From assembly GCA_044222685.1 (NCBI GenBank), contig JBGAMU010000011.1, positions 4,582 through 68,581 on the forward strand: a DNA stretch of 64,000 nt, given 5' to 3'. This document shows positions 1 to 10,796 of the stretch, piece after piece. Origin of the DNA: Burkholderiaceae bacterium. GTDB taxonomy: Bacteria; Pseudomonadota; Gammaproteobacteria; Burkholderiales; Burkholderiaceae_C. How positions within the stretch are numbered: the first letter of the stretch is position 1; every line of letters starts with the position of its first letter. Position numbers and translations under genes: made by a program. Below the pieces are notes generated by a model, which had not been told where the DNA came from, did not search any database, and worked only from the letters and a program-made list of their open reading frames with translations.

Positions 1-532
1 CGGGGGTGCCGGCCACGATGCCGTAGCGCCGGGTGTGCGCGGCCGGGACTTCCTGCACGGCGAGGATGGTGGCGCGCCACTCGGCATACTGGTCGACCAT
101 TTGTTTCAGCACCGACGGCTTGCCGACCATCAGGTCGTCGGCCAGCAGCACGGCGAACGGCTCGTCGCCGACCAGTCTTTGCCCGCAGAGCACCGCATGT
201 CCAAGACCCAACGCCTGCGCCTGCCGGACATAGATGCACTCCATGTCGTCGGGCTTCACCTGGCGTACCACCTCGAGCAGCTCGGCTTTACCCGCCTGTT
301 CAAGGGCTACCTCGAGCTCGAACGTCATGTCAAAGTGGTCCTCAATGGGCCGCTTATGACGCCCGGTCACGAAGATCATTTCCCTCACGCCGGCCTCGTA
401 GGCCTCCTCGACCGCGTACTGGATCAGCGGTTTATCCACCACGGGCAGCATTTCCTTCGGCTGCGCCTTGGTGGCGGGCAGGAATCGGGTGCCGAGACCG
501 GCGACTGGGAAGATGGCCTTCTTGATCAACAT
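1..532 (-). CDS. galU: UTP--glucose-1-phosphate uridylyltransferase (GalU), 3' end cut by window edge
   Basis: My own minus-strand translation from the ATG at 532 gives [44 protein letters not shown]... This is the GalU-type AGxGTRxLPxTK nucleotide-binding N-terminus. It is absent from the ORF track because it is open-ended. Confidence 0.85.
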   Translation of the reverse strand, partial: MLIKKAIFPVAGLGTRFLPATKAQPKEMLPVVDKPLIQYAVEEAYEAGVREMIFVTGRHKRPIEDHFDMTFELEVALEQAGKAELLEVVRQVKPDDMECIYVRQAQALGLGHAVLCGQRLVGDEPFAVLLADDLMVGKPSVLKQMVDQYAEWRATILAVQEVPAAHTRRYGIVAGTP

Positions 533-618
533 CGCTTACATAAAATCGTTGGGCGTCACATGAGGGATTCTGGCATGCCGATCGGTGCGTCTCGCTCGAA
601 AAGTGAGCTGGAACACGC

Positions 619-1593
619 ATGGACGTGCTGATCGTCGAACCGCTCGAACCGGAGGTCATGCATTGGCTCGTCGCGCGCCATGCGGTGCGTTATGCGCCCG
701 ACCTCGCGCGTGATCCGCGCGCGTTCCGCCAGGCGCTGTTCAACGTCCGCGCGCTGATCATCCCGCCGTCGGTGGCGCTCGACAGCCAGGCGCTGCACTA
801 CGCGCCGGTGCTGCGTGCCGTGGGCCGCCTGAGCTCGGGCGCCGAGAACATCGATACCGACGCGTGCGCCCGTGCCGGCGTCGAGGTGGTGCGGCCGGTG
901 AGCGCCAGCGCCACCGCCGAGGCCGAGTTCATGATCGGCGCGCTGCTGCAGATGTTCCGCCGCGTGCCGGTGCTCAGCGCCGAGGGCCTGCTGGTCGGCC
1001 GCGAGCTCGGCGGCGCCACCGTCGGCCTGATCGGCATGACGCCGGCGGCGCGTCCGCTGGCGCAGCTGCTGGGCGCCTTCGGCTCGCGCGTGGTCGGCTA
1101 CGACCCGGCGGTGCACGTATCCGACACGCTGTGGAACCGCTGGAAGGTCGAGCCGCTGGGCCTGCGCGAGCTGATGGAGCAGGCCGACGGCGTGTGCGTG
1201 ATGCTGACCTACTTCTCCCGCTACCACGGCCTGCTGGGGGAGCGCTTCCTGCCGTCGTGCAAGCAGAGCCAGGTGCTGGTGAGCATCGCGCACTCGAGCC
1301 TGTTCGACGAGATGGCGCTGGCCGAGGTGCTGGGCTCCGGCCGCATGGCCGCGGCCTGGTTCGACAGCCTGGAGCCCGGCGTGCTCGACCCCGGGCGGCC
1401 GCTGCACGAGGTCGACACGCTGCAGGTCACGCCGCGCGTGGCCAGCACCACACGCGAGTCGCGCATCCGTAGCGCCTGGGCAGTGGCCCGGCGCATCGAC
1501 GAGCTGCTGTCGGCAACGCCGGCGCGCGCCGAGTTCAGGCCGACTGCGCCAGACGATCCCGTTGATCTTCAAGCCGGCGAAGCGCCTGCCTGA
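619..1593 (+). CDS. D-isomer-specific 2-hydroxyacid dehydrogenase family protein, probably catalytically degenerate
   Basis: 324-aa ORF with the family layout (VGLIG...[20 protein letters not shown]). The GxGxxG, catalytic Arg and catalytic His positions are all substituted. Confidence 0.7.
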   Translation: MDVLIVEPLEPEVMHWLVARHAVRYAPDLARDPRAFRQALFNVRALIIPPSVALDSQALHYAPVLRAVGRLSSGAENIDTDACARAGVEVVRPVSASATAEAEFMIGALLQMFRRVPVLSAEGLLVGRELGGATVGLIGMTPAARPLAQLLGAFGSRVVGYDPAVHVSDTLWNRWKVEPLGLRELMEQADGVCVMLTYFSRYHGLLGERFLPSCKQSQVLVSIAHSSLFDEMALAEVLGSGRMAAAWFDSLEPGVLDPGRPLHEVDTLQVTPRVASTTRESRIRSAWAVARRIDELLSATPARAEFRPTAPDDPVDLQAGEAPA

Positions 1594-4384
1594 AGTCGGC
1601 CAGCCGCGCACGCTCCTGCTCGACCACGGCCGCCGGCGCGCGCGCCACGAAGCTCTCGTTGCCGAGCTTGGCTTCGGCCTTGCGGATCTCGCCCTGCAGC
1701 CGCTCGATCTCCTTCGACTGACGCGCGCGCTCGGCATCGACGTCGATCGGTACCACCAGCGCCAGCCGGATGTCGCCCACCACGGCCACCGGTGATTGCG
1801 CCGCCGCGGCGCCGAAGGCGTCTTCGTCGTCGAACGACCGCACGTCGGCCAGCCGCCCGATCGTCGACAGCAGCGCACCCGATTGGCTGATGAAGGCCGC
1901 ATCGCCCACCGCGTACAGCGGCACCTTCTGCCCGGGTTGCAGACCCATCTCGCTGCGCAGGCTGCGGATGGCGAGCATCAGCGCCTTGAAGCGGGCCATC
2001 CACGCGTCGGCCTGCGGGTCGATCCTCTCCAGCTGGGCTTGCGGGTAGGGCGCGGTGACGATGGTGTCGCTCGAGCCGGCCGACCTGCGCCCGGCCACCA
2101 CCGACACCGTGTCCCACAGCTCGGCGGTGATGAACGGCGCCACCGGGTGCAGCAGGCGCAGCGCGGTCTCCAGCACGCGCAGCAGCGTGCGGCGCGTCGC
2201 GCGCTGCTGCGACTCGTCGCCCTGCGCGATCTGCACCTTGGCGATCTCGATGTACCAGTCGCAGTACTCGTCCCAGACGAACTGGTAGATGGCATTGGCC
2301 ACGTTGTCGAGGCGGTACTCGGCGAAGCCCTGCGCCACCGCGGCCTCCACGCGTTGCAGTTCGCCGGTGAGCCAGCGGTCGGCGGACGAGAAGCGCAGGT
2401 AGCCGTGCGCCTTGCCACCGGGACTGCAGTCGGCCTTGCTGTGCTCCAGCAGTCCGTTGTCCTTGCCCTCGCAGTTCATCAGCACGAACTTGGTGGCGTT
2501 CCAGAGCTTGTTGCAGAAGTTGCGGTAACCCTCGCAGCGCTTGCTGTCGAAGTTGATGTTGCGGCCCAGGCTCGCCAGCGCGGCGAACGTGAAGCGCAGC
2601 GCGTCGGCGCCGTAGCCCGGGATGCCGTCGGGAAACTCCTTCTCGGTCGACTGGCGGATGGCCGGCGCCGTCTCCGGCTTGCGCAGCCCGGTCGTGCGCT
2701 TGTCAAGCAGCGGCTTGAGCGCGATGCCGTCGATCAGGTCCACCGGATCGAGCACGTTGCCTTCGCTCTTGCTCATCTTCTTGCCGTGCGAATCGCGCAC
2801 CAGGCCGTGGATGTAGACGTGGCGGAACGGCACCTGGCCGGTGAAGTGCGTGGTCATCATGATCATCCGGGCGACCCAGAAGAAGATGATGTCGTAGCCG
2901 GTCACCAGCACGCTGGAGGGCAGGAACAGGTCCTGCTCGATCGTCTTCGCCGGCCAGCCGAGCGTGGAGAAGGGCACCAGCGCCGACGAGTACCAGGTGT
3001 CGAGCACGTCTTCGTCGCGCGTCAGCGTGCCGGTGTAGCCCGCCGCGGCCGCGCGGCTGCGCGCCTCGGCTTCGTCGCGCGCGACGAAGAGCTCGCCGCC
3101 CGACCCGTACCAGGCCGGGATCTGATGCCCCCACCACAGTTGACGCGAGATGCACCAGTCCTGGATGTTGTGCATCCACTGGTTGTAGGTGTTGACCCAT
3201 TGCTCGGGCACGAAGCGCACGGCGCCGGAGTCGACCGCATCGATCGCCTTGGCGGCGATGCTCTTGCCGTCCTTGCCCGGCTTGCTCAACGCGACGAACC
3301 ACTGGTCGGTAAGCATCGGCTCGACGATCTGGCCGGTACGAGCACAGCGCGGCACCATCAGCCGGTGCTTGCGTGTCTCGGCCAGCAGGCCCTGCGCATC
3401 GAGGTCGGCGACGATGCGCTTGCGCGCCTCGAAACGATCGAGCCCGCGATAGGCCGCGGGCGCCAGCTCGTTGAGCGTGGCGTCGAGCGCGAGCACGCCG
3501 ATCATCGGCAGCTGGTGGCGCTGGCCCACCGCATAGTCGTTGGCGTCGTGCGCCGGCGTGACCTTGACGGCGCCGGTGCCGAACTCGCGGTCGACGTAGG
3601 CATCGGCGATCACCGGGATCGAGCGATCGGTGAGCGGCAGGCGCACCTGCTTGCCGACCAGCGCGGCATAGCGATCGTCATCGGGATGCACCATCACTGC
3701 GGTGTCGCCCAGCATCGTCTCGGGCCGCGTGGTGGCCACCGTGAGATGGCCCGAACCGTCGGCCAGCGGATAGCGGATGTGCCAGAGGAAGCCGTCCTCC
3801 TCCTCGCTCTCCACCTCGAGGTCCGACACCGCCGACTTGAGCACCGGGTCCCAGTTGACCAGCCGCTTGCCGCGGTAGATGAGGCCCTCGTCGTACAGCC
3901 GCACGAAGGTTTCGGTGACGATGGTCGACAGCTTCTCGTCCATCGTGAAGTACTCGTGCGACCAGCTCACGCTGTCGCCCATGCGGCGCATCTGTTGCGT
4001 GATGGTGGCGCCGGAGGTGTTCTTCCAGTCCCACACCTGGGCGACGAAATTCTTGCGGCCGAGGTCGTGGCGCGACAGGCCGGCTTCCTGCAGCTGGCGT
4101 TCGACGACGATCTGCGTCGCGATGCCGGCATGGTCGGTACCCGGCACCCACAGCGTGTTGAAGCCGCGCATCCGGTGGTAGCGCGTCAACGAGTCCATGA
4201 TGGTCTGGTTGAACGCGTGGCCCATGTGCAGCGTGCCGGTCACGTTCGGCGGCGGCAGCTGGATGCAGAACGACGGTCGGCCCGGGTCGAGCGTCGGCGC
4301 GTAGACGCCGCTCTTCTCCCACAGCGGTGCCCAGCGCGCCTCGATGGCGGCGGGTTCGAAGGACTTGGCAAGCGGCTGCGTCAT
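1535..4384 (-). CDS. valS: valine--tRNA ligase
   Basis: Carries the class I HIGH motif ([15 protein letters not shown]), KMSKS and a C-terminal coiled coil. I prefer the ATG at 4384 ([11 protein letters not shown]...) over the track's GTG at 4426. Confidence 0.97.
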   Translation of the reverse strand: MTQPLAKSFEPAAIEARWAPLWEKSGVYAPTLDPGRPSFCIQLPPPNVTGTLHMGHAFNQTIMDSLTRYHRMRGFNTLWVPGTDHAGIATQIVVERQLQEAGLSRHDLGRKNFVAQVWDWKNTSGATITQQMRRMGDSVSWSHEYFTMDEKLSTIVTETFVRLYDEGLIYRGKRLVNWDPVLKSAVSDLEVESEEEDGFLWHIRYPLADGSGHLTVATTRPETMLGDTAVMVHPDDDRYAALVGKQVRLPLTDRSIPVIADAYVDREFGTGAVKVTPAHDANDYAVGQRHQLPMIGVLALDATLNELAPAAYRGLDRFEARKRIVADLDAQGLLAETRKHRLMVPRCARTGQIVEPMLTDQWFVALSKPGKDGKSIAAKAIDAVDSGAVRFVPEQWVNTYNQWMHNIQDWCISRQLWWGHQIPAWYGSGGELFVARDEAEARSRAAAAGYTGTLTRDEDVLDTWYSSALVPFSTLGWPAKTIEQDLFLPSSVLVTGYDIIFFWVARMIMMTTHFTGQVPFRHVYIHGLVRDSHGKKMSKSEGNVLDPVDLIDGIALKPLLDKRTTGLRKPETAPAIRQSTEKEFPDGIPGYGADALRFTFAALASLGRNINFDSKRCEGYRNFCNKLWNATKFVLMNCEGKDNGLLEHSKADCSPGGKAHGYLRFSSADRWLTGELQRVEAAVAQGFAEYRLDNVANAIYQFVWDEYCDWYIEIAKVQIAQGDESQQRATRRTLLRVLETALRLLHPVAPFITAELWDTVSVVAGRRSAGSSDTIVTAPYPQAQLERIDPQADAWMARFKALMLAIRSLRSEMGLQPGQKVPLYAVGDAAFISQSGALLSTIGRLADVRSFDDEDAFGAAAAQSPVAVVGDIRLALVVPIDVDAERARQSKEIERLQGEIRKAEAKLGNESFVARAPAAVVEQERARLADFRQALRRLEDQRDRLAQSA

Positions 4385-4580
4385 CGCGGGAGTAACTTCG
4401 TGTGTCGGCTGATCCGGCACCAGCACTGAGGCGCGATTCTAGGTGGCGTGCCCGTCTGCGCCGGTCGACGCGCGTGGGCGCTGCCTGTCAACGGGGACGG
4501 GCGTTCGAGGGTTCAGGGTCAGGCGATGTCGTTCATCGACGCGCCGCAGGCACCCGGCGTGCCGCCACCTGGAGCCGATC

Positions 4581-5948
4581 ATGCCCTCTATCGCCCGTTC
4601 GTCACCTCGCCGCGGCGCTCGCGGCCGCGTCCAGTTGTGGTTCGGTGGCCTGCTGTTGGCACTGCTGTCGGCCTGCGGCGGCGGCAGCGACAGCCTGACC
4701 TGCGACGTGCCGTCGCGACAGGCCGGGCTGCGTGACTACTTCAACGACTGGTACTTCTGGTACGCGCTGAGCCCCTATCCGGCTCCGGGATCGTTGCCGA
4801 CGCTCGACGCGTACTTCAACGCCTTGCTCTACACCGGCACCGATCCGAACTTCCCGGCCGACCGCTGGAGCTTCCACCAGAGCACCGAGAGCTTTAACCG
4901 CTTCTTCGGTGATGGCCAGTCGCTCGGCTACGGCATCTTCGTGGCCGGGCTCGAGGTCGCCGGCGCTCCTGCACAGCCGCTGTTCGTGCGCTATGTCGAG
5001 CCGCTGTCGCCGGCCGCCGCTGCCGGCATCACCCGCGGCGACCGCATCGTCTCGATCAATGGCCGCACCGCGGCCGACCTGATCGCCGCCGACGACTTCT
5101 CGATTCTGTCGCCCGATGCCGCCGGCCAGCGCATCGCCGTGGTGCTGCTCAACGGCGCCGCGCAGCGCAGCGTCACCCTCGACGCGGCGATCTTCCCGCT
5201 GTCCCCGGTGCCGGCCACGCGCGTGATCACCACCACGGGCGGCCGCAAAATGGGCTACGTGGCCGTCAAGGACATGATCAGCCAGGCCGCGTCGCCGCTG
5301 GCGGCGGCGTTCCAGACCTTCGCGGCCCAGGGCGTCACCGAACTCGCGATCGACCTGCGCTACAACGGCGGCGGCCTGGTGTCGACCGGGCGCGACATCG
5401 CGTCGTACGTGAATGCAACGCGGACCGCAGGGGCCACCTACGCCAGCCTGCTCTACAACGTGAAGCGCGCGGCCGACAACAACTCGACGTTCCTCTTCAG
5501 TGCACCAGCCAATGCGCTGGCGCTGACCCGGGTCTACGTGCTGCAGGGCGCGCGCACCTGCTCCGCGAGCGAGCAGGTGATCAATGCGCTGCGGCCGTTC
5601 GTGACGGTTGTGCCGATCGGCGACGTCACCTGCGGCAAGCCGGTCGGCTTCCTGCCCACCGACGACGGCTGCGGCGAGACCTACAACATCGTCAACTTCG
5701 AGACGGTGAATGCCAGCAACGAAGGTCGCTACTTCGACGGCTTCGCGCCGGCCTGCACGGTGGCCGAGGACTTCACGCAACCGATGGGCGGCGACGCTGA
5801 TCCGCTGCTGGCGACCGCTCGCAACCATGCCGACGGCATCACCTGCCCGCAGGCGGCGACGCCACAGCGCGAGCAATCGCTGGCGGCCAAGGTGCGACGT
5901 TGGGGCGCAAACCCCGAGGGCGAACGCGGCGCGATGATCCCGCGCTGA
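4581..5948 (+). CDS. S41-family (C-terminal processing type) peptidase lipoprotein with PDZ-like segment
   Basis: Signal peptide plus lipobox (LLLALLSACGGG), a PDZ-like GITRGDRIVSINGRTAADL and the S41 core DLRYNGGG. Start moved to the ATG at 4581. Confidence 0.8.
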   Translation: MPSIARSSPRRGARGRVQLWFGGLLLALLSACGGGSDSLTCDVPSRQAGLRDYFNDWYFWYALSPYPAPGSLPTLDAYFNALLYTGTDPNFPADRWSFHQSTESFNRFFGDGQSLGYGIFVAGLEVAGAPAQPLFVRYVEPLSPAAAAGITRGDRIVSINGRTAADLIAADDFSILSPDAAGQRIAVVLLNGAAQRSVTLDAAIFPLSPVPATRVITTTGGRKMGYVAVKDMISQAASPLAAAFQTFAAQGVTELAIDLRYNGGGLVSTGRDIASYVNATRTAGATYASLLYNVKRAADNNSTFLFSAPANALALTRVYVLQGARTCSASEQVINALRPFVTVVPIGDVTCGKPVGFLPTDDGCGETYNIVNFETVNASNEGRYFDGFAPACTVAEDFTQPMGGDADPLLATARNHADGITCPQAATPQREQSLAAKVRRWGANPEGERGAMIPR

Positions 5949-6034
5949 ATGATGCCCGCGCTGCGGAGTACCGCAGCCACCCCGAGGGGGTCGCGCGGCC
6001 GCGTGGGAGCGACCCGGCGCTGTCCGCGCGGCCG

Positions 6035-7012
6035 CTACATGAAAAGGTGCTCGCCGGCATTCTCGCCGCCGAGCACCACGTAGTTCACCTTGCGCAGGTC
6101 AGCCAGGGCGCGGCCGCCGGCGTAGGAGATCGAGCTCTGCACGTCCTCGCGCATCTCGCGCAGCGTGTCGGCCAGGCGCCCCTTGATCGGCTCGAGGATG
6201 CGCTTGCCCTCGACGTGCTTGTACTCGCCCTTGTTGAAGTCCGACGCCGAGCCGTAGTACTCCTTGTAGAGCTTGCCGTCGACCTCGACCGTCTGGCCCG
6301 GTGACTCCTCATGGCCGGCGAACAGCGAGCCGACCATCACCATGGCCGCGCCGAAACGCACGCTCTTGGCGATGTCGCCGTGGTGGCGGATGCCGCCGTC
6401 GGCGACGATCGGCTTGGTGGCGACACGGGCACACCACTTCAATGCGCTCAGTTGCCAGCCGCCGGTGCCGAAGCCGGTCTTCAGCCGCGTGATGCACACC
6501 TTGCCGGGCCCGATGCCGACCTTGGTGGCGTCGGCGCCCCAGTTCTCCAGATCGATCACCGCCTCGGGCGTGCCCACGTTGCCGGCAATGACGAAGGCAC
6601 TGGGCAGCCGCTGCTTGATGTACTCGATGGTCTTGCGCACGCTGTCGGCATGGCCGTGTGCGATGTCGATCGTGATGTAGTCGGCGCCGATGCCCTCGGC
6701 CGCCAGCCGGTCGACTACCGCATGGTCCGCCGGCTTGACGCCGGCACTGATCGAGACGAACAGGCCCAGCTCGCGCATGCGGCGAGCGAACACCACGCTG
6801 TCGAGATCGAAGCGGTGCATCACGTAGAAGTGGCCGCTGCCGGCCAGCATCTGGGCGATGCTCTCATCGATCACCGTGCGCATGTTGGCCGGCACGACGG
6901 GCAGCACGAAGCGGCGACCGCCGAATTCGACCGAGGGGTCGCACTCCGCACGGCTGTCGACGCGGCACTTGCGCGGCAGAAGCAGGATGTTGTCGTAGTC
7001 GAAGATTTCCAT
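6035..7012 (-). CDS. guaC: GMP reductase
   Basis: [17 protein letters not shown]-terminus and the catalytic loop [17 protein letters not shown] of the IMPDH/GMPR barrel; 325 aa. The longer N-terminal extension in the track is Arg/Ala-rich and not credible. Confidence 0.9.
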   Translation of the reverse strand: MEIFDYDNILLLPRKCRVDSRAECDPSVEFGGRRFVLPVVPANMRTVIDESIAQMLAGSGHFYVMHRFDLDSVVFARRMRELGLFVSISAGVKPADHAVVDRLAAEGIGADYITIDIAHGHADSVRKTIEYIKQRLPSAFVIAGNVGTPEAVIDLENWGADATKVGIGPGKVCITRLKTGFGTGGWQLSALKWCARVATKPIVADGGIRHHGDIAKSVRFGAAMVMVGSLFAGHEESPGQTVEVDGKLYKEYYGSASDFNKGEYKHVEGKRILEPIKGRLADTLREMREDVQSSISYAGGRALADLRKVNYVVLGGENAGEHLFM

Positions 7013-7022
7013 GTCAGCGGAC

Positions 7023-7057
7023 AAAAAAAAACCGGCCCTGCGAAACGCAGGCCCGGT
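7023..7057 (-). terminator. Rho-independent terminator closing the long minus-strand gene train
   Basis: On the minus strand this reads CCGGGCCTGCG-TTT-CGCAGGGCCGG followed by a run of 9 T. It lies 18-52 nt after the stop at 7075. Confidence 0.6.
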
Positions 7058-7074
7058 GGCCGATTCTACGCCGA

Positions 7075-8364
7075 TCAGGCGCTGCCGTACTTGGTCTCGA
7101 AGGTGATGCCGATCTTCTTGAGCAGCGGCGTGGGCAGCAGTCCACCCGCGCAGACGATGACGGCATCGTTGCGCAGCTTCTGCGTGCCGGCCTTGGTCTT
7201 CAAGGTCACCGTGTCCTGCTCGATCGAGGCCACGGTCGACTCCAGCAGCACCTTGACGCGCCCATCGCGCTGAGCCTGCTCGAGCTGCTGGCGGTTCTTC
7301 TGCTTCACGCGCGAGAAGGCCTCGCTGCGGTACGACAGCGTGACCTCGGTGTCGCGTTCCTCGCCGAGGGCGATCGCCGCCTCTAGCGCGCTGTCGCCGC
7401 CGCCGACCACCAGCACGGCCTTGCCGCTGTACTGGCTCGCATCGATCAGCCGGTAGACCACCTTGGGCGACTCCTCGCCCGGCACCTCCAGCTTGCGCGG
7501 GCTGCCGCGCCGGCCCATCGTCAGCAGCACGCTGCGGGTCCGGTAGGCGCCGGTGTTGGTGCGCACGATGAAGCCGTCGCCGTCTCGCTCGACCGCCTCC
7601 ATGCACTCGCGAAACGCGATCTGCAGGTTCGTGCGCTTGACCACCTTGAGCCAGAAGTCGAGCAGCTTCTCCTTCTGCACTTCACCGAAGCGCACCTTGC
7701 CGATCAGCGCGAGCCGCACCGGCGCCGTCATCGCGACCTTGTTGCGCGGGTAGTGGAACACTGCCCCGCCAAGCGATGCCTCCTGTTCGAGCAGCTTGTA
7801 GCGCAGCTTGTGCTCGATCGACGACAGGCCCGCCGACAGCCCTGCCGGCCCGCAACCGACGATGACGACGTCGTAGTCGTGCCGGCCGCCCTTGCGCTTG
7901 CGGATGACCTCGATCGCCTGCCGGCCCTGTTCGGCCGCCTTGCGGATCAGCCCCATGCCGCCCAGTTCGCCGGCGATGAAGATGCCGGGCACATTGCTCT
8001 CGAACTGCGGCGAGACGTCCGGGATGTCGATGCCGCGCGCCTCGGTGCCGAAGACCAGCTTGATGGCGTCGACCGGGCAGGCGTTGTGGCAGGCGCCGTG
8101 GCCGATGCAGGCCGCACCGTTGATCAGCACGGCCTTGCCCTTGACGATGCCGAGCGCGCCCTCCGGGCAGGCGGTGACGCACGAACTGGACCCCAGGCAG
8201 CGCAACGGGTCGATCACCGGGTGCAGCGACGGTGGCTCGACGAGGCCGGCCTGCACCGCCTCCTTCAACTGCTGCTCGTGCTCGCGCTGGATGCGCCGCT
8301 GGCGGCGCAGGTACAGCGCCCACAGTGCGATCAGGACGGCGGCATAGAGGGCCAGATACCCCAT
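7075..8364 (-). CDS. membrane-tethered ferredoxin-domain / FAD-NAD(P)-dependent (thioredoxin-reductase-like) oxidoreductase
   Basis: N-terminal TM ([17 protein letters not shown]) followed by RRQRR. Two ferredoxin-like ...C..CP motifs and two dinucleotide folds ([26 protein letters not shown]). Confidence 0.8.
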   Translation of the reverse strand: MGYLALYAAVLIALWALYLRRQRRIQREHEQQLKEAVQAGLVEPPSLHPVIDPLRCLGSSSCVTACPEGALGIVKGKAVLINGAACIGHGACHNACPVDAIKLVFGTEARGIDIPDVSPQFESNVPGIFIAGELGGMGLIRKAAEQGRQAIEVIRKRKGGRHDYDVVIVGCGPAGLSAGLSSIEHKLRYKLLEQEASLGGAVFHYPRNKVAMTAPVRLALIGKVRFGEVQKEKLLDFWLKVVKRTNLQIAFRECMEAVERDGDGFIVRTNTGAYRTRSVLLTMGRRGSPRKLEVPGEESPKVVYRLIDASQYSGKAVLVVGGGDSALEAAIALGEERDTEVTLSYRSEAFSRVKQKNRQQLEQAQRDGRVKVLLESTVASIEQDTVTLKTKAGTQKLRNDAVIVCAGGLLPTPLLKKIGITFETKYGSA

Positions 8365-8392
8365 GGGCTCGACGGGCGCGGCGTCGGACCGC

Positions 8393-9703
8393 TCAGGGGC
8401 CGACGACCTCGGAGATCTCGATCTTCAGGCCGCGCGCGCCGGGCGCCACCGGCGCCGACAGGCCCTGCAGGTCGCCAGGCTGGGCGGTCGCGTCGCCGCG
8501 CTTGCTGACGCGCGCGCCGACGATGACACGCTGCGCCGACGACAGCTTGGCCGTCGGCGACATGGCCATGCTGTCGTCGAGCTTGAAGGTCAGTGGCAGG
8601 TCCTTGACCTGCTTGCGCAGGATGGCCAGCGGCATGCGCGGGCCTTCGGCCGGGCGGGCGAAGACGAACACGGTGTCCTCCGGCGAGGCCTTGCCGGCGA
8701 TCGAGGCAGCCAGCGTCACCGTGCCGCTGACCGACGGGCCACCGCCGGCGACGGGCCGCTCGGCCGGCGCGGGCGCCGGAGCGGGCGCCGGAGCGGGCGG
8801 CGTGGCAGGCGAGGGCTGCGCCGCGGCCGCGCCGCCGGTCTGGTTGGCCGCCATCATCTGCCGGGCCTCATCGATGCCGCCCTGGATCTGCTGCACGAAC
8901 GGGCTGTTGGGGTCGACCGACTTCATCTTCTCCCAGTGGCGCAGCGCGCCCGCGAAGTCGCGGCGATAGAAGGCGGCCGTGCCGGCGAGCGACAAGGCTT
9001 TCAGGTTGTTCGGATCGACCCGCAGCGCCTGGTCGATCAGCCGACTCGGCTCGCCCTCGAGGCTGCGGCCGTTGACGACCGCCAGCGCATCGGCATAGTC
9101 GGCAATCAGCACCGCATCGTTCGGGCGCAAGGCCATCGCCTGCTTGAAGGCCGGCACCGCCTTGTCGTGCTTGCCGAGCACGGCATACGAGCGACCGAGC
9201 ATGCCCCAGCCTTCGGCGTCGTCGGGCTTCTCCTGCAGACGCGCCGCGAGCTTCTCGGTCATGCCCTCGATCTGCTCCATCGTCACCGAGTGGCCGGCGC
9301 CGTCACCACCGCCGGCCGGCCGGGCGGCCGCGGCAACCGCGGCCGGATCGAGCGCGATGGGGGTGCCGAGCGTGACGTAGCCGACCGCCGCGACGGTGCA
9401 CACAAAGACCGCCAGGCCGCCGATGAACGCCTTCGGGGCGCCGGGTCGCGGCGGCGCCGCCGGCGCTGCCGACAACGCGGCGCCGAGCTGTCGCTCGACC
9501 TTGGCCCGGGCCTCGGCGTGCTGGCTGTCGTTGAGCGCGCCGCTGGAGTGCAGCGCGTCGAGTTGCTGCAGCTGCTGGCGTGCCTGCGCCGCCGCGTCGG
9601 CGGTGGCCGCACCGGCCGCCGATGCGGGTCGCCATAGCGGCCGCGTCAGGATGGCGAGCGCCACCAGCGCCAGCAGCACCGCGCCGATCAGAAAGCCCGT
9701 CAT
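8393..9703 (-). CDS. ccmI: cytochrome c biogenesis protein CcmI (TPR)
   Basis: N-terminal TM pair, TPR repeats, a PAPAPAPAPA linker and a C-terminal domain. Last ccm gene, with a 4-nt overlap on ccmH. Confidence 0.85.
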   Translation of the reverse strand: MTGFLIGAVLLALVALAILTRPLWRPASAAGAATADAAAQARQQLQQLDALHSSGALNDSQHAEARAKVERQLGAALSAAPAAPPRPGAPKAFIGGLAVFVCTVAAVGYVTLGTPIALDPAAVAAAARPAGGGDGAGHSVTMEQIEGMTEKLAARLQEKPDDAEGWGMLGRSYAVLGKHDKAVPAFKQAMALRPNDAVLIADYADALAVVNGRSLEGEPSRLIDQALRVDPNNLKALSLAGTAAFYRRDFAGALRHWEKMKSVDPNSPFVQQIQGGIDEARQMMAANQTGGAAAAQPSPATPPAPAPAPAPAPAERPVAGGGPSVSGTVTLAASIAGKASPEDTVFVFARPAEGPRMPLAILRKQVKDLPLTFKLDDSMAMSPTAKLSSAQRVIVGARVSKRGDATAQPGDLQGLSAPVAPGARGLKIEISEVVGP

Positions 9704-10194
9704 CGCGTCACCTCGCTGCCAGCCGCCGGCGGCACCGGCGAACCGTCGCGCGCCTCATCCTCATCGGGCTCGAACAGCTCGGGCGCCATGCGCGTGCGCC
9801 GTCGCAACACGATCGCCAGCACCGTCAGGCCGATGAGCAGCAGGACGATCGGGCCGATCCACAGCACGGCGGTCGTGGCATTGAACGGCGGACGGTAACG
9901 CACGAAGTCGCCGTAGCGGTCGGTCATGTACTGCACCACTTGGTCGTCGCTGGCACCGCGCTTGAGCTGATCGCGCACCTCGCGGCGCAGGTCTTCCGCC
10001 AGCCCCGAATGCGAGTCGGCGATGGTCTGGTTCTGGCACACCAGGCAGCGCAGCTCGGCGGCGATGCGCAGCATGCGCGCCTCGAGCACCGGGTCGGCCG
10101 ACGCGGGCTCGGCTTCCTTGGCGCAAACCGGCCCGATCGCGATGGCCGCACACAGAAGTAGCGCGCGCGAAGCCGCACGCAGCCAAGTGGCCAC
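9700..10194 (-). CDS. ccmH: cytochrome c-type biogenesis protein CcmH
   Basis: Carries the LRCLVCQNQTIADS motif and a C-terminal TM. The start (GTG near 10194) is my choice; the track ORF extends implausibly over ccmG. Confidence 0.85.
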   Translation of the reverse strand: MATWLRAASRALLLCAAIAIGPVCAKEAEPASADPVLEARMLRIAAELRCLVCQNQTIADSHSGLAEDLRREVRDQLKRGASDDQVVQYMTDRYGDFVRYRPPFNATTAVLWIGPIVLLLIGLTVLAIVLRRRTRMAPELFEPDEDEARDGSPVPPAAGSEVTR

Positions 10195-10268
10195 CGCGGA
10201 GCCGGCTTCGCCGGTCCGCTGGTGGCGCCCCCTCGAGGGGGCGGCGCCGAAGGCGCATCGGGGGTAGG

Positions 10269-10796
10269 TCAAGACAATTCTTTCAGAAGCGGCTTGATGC
10301 GCGTCTCGATGATGGCCGGCGTGACCGGACCGATCTGCTTGAAGCGGATCACGCCTTGCTTGTCGATGATGAAGGTCTCGGGCACACCGTAGACGCCGAA
10401 ATCGATGCCGACGCGGCCGTCCTGGTCGAACAGCGACATGTCGTACGGGTCGCCGAAGCGCGACAGCCAGCCCAGGCCGTCGGGCCGCGAGTCCTTGTAG
10501 TTGAGGCCGACGATCGGCATCGCCTTGGTGCGGGCGAAGGCCACCAGATGCGGGTGCTCGTCGCGGCAGGCGGCGCACCACGAGGCCCACACGTTAAGCA
10601 TCCACACCTTGCCGAGCATGTCCTCGCGGCGCACGGTCCTGGCGGCATCGTCCAGCCGCGTCAGCGTGAAGCCGGGGGCAGGCTTGCCGATCAGCGGCGA
10701 GGGAACCTCGCGCGGGTCGAGCTTCAGGCCCGCCGCCAGGAAACCCACCAAGATGAAGAACACCGCCAGCGGCAGGATGAATTTCAGACTCTTCAT
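10269..10796 (-). CDS. ccmG: thiol:disulfide interchange protein CcmG/DsbE
   Basis: Membrane anchor plus a thioredoxin fold with WASWCAACRDEHP. Confidence 0.9.
   Translation of the reverse strand: MKSLKFILPLAVFFILVGFLAAGLKLDPREVPSPLIGKPAPGFTLTRLDDAARTVRREDMLGKVWMLNVWASWCAACRDEHPHLVAFARTKAMPIVGLNYKDSRPDGLGWLSRFGDPYDMSLFDQDGRVGIDFGVYGVPETFIIDKQGVIRFKQIGPVTPAIIETRIKPLLKELS

Noticed and set aside
1796-4429. 877-aa plus-strand ORF (and other long ORFs such as 556-1902) overlapping valS.
   Set aside because: It is antisense to an unmistakable valS (HIGH/KMSKS). Its Arg/Ala/Gly/Leu-rich, motif-free translation is typical of stop-poor frames in GC-rich DNA.
5960-5977. Hairpin GCTGCGG-AGTA-CCGCAGC between the convergent peptidase and guaC genes, considered as a terminator.
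   Set aside because: There is no U-run on either strand, so it is too weak to annotate as an intrinsic terminator.
7013-7606. N-terminal extensions offered by the ORF track. Examples: guaC to 7606, ccmH to 10590, ccmE to 13533, PilN-like to 49154, GspM-like to 48045 and the giant gene from 26375.
   Set aside because: The extensions overlap upstream genes and are Arg/Pro-rich. Internal starts give normal signal peptides or family-typical N-termini.
8750-8810. Short-period GC-rich DNA repeats (also at 17236-17508, 44650-44900 and 46869-46946), considered as possible CRISPR or satellite elements.
   Set aside because: They are in frame inside genes and encode Pro/Ala linkers. There is no repeat-spacer architecture and no cas genes.
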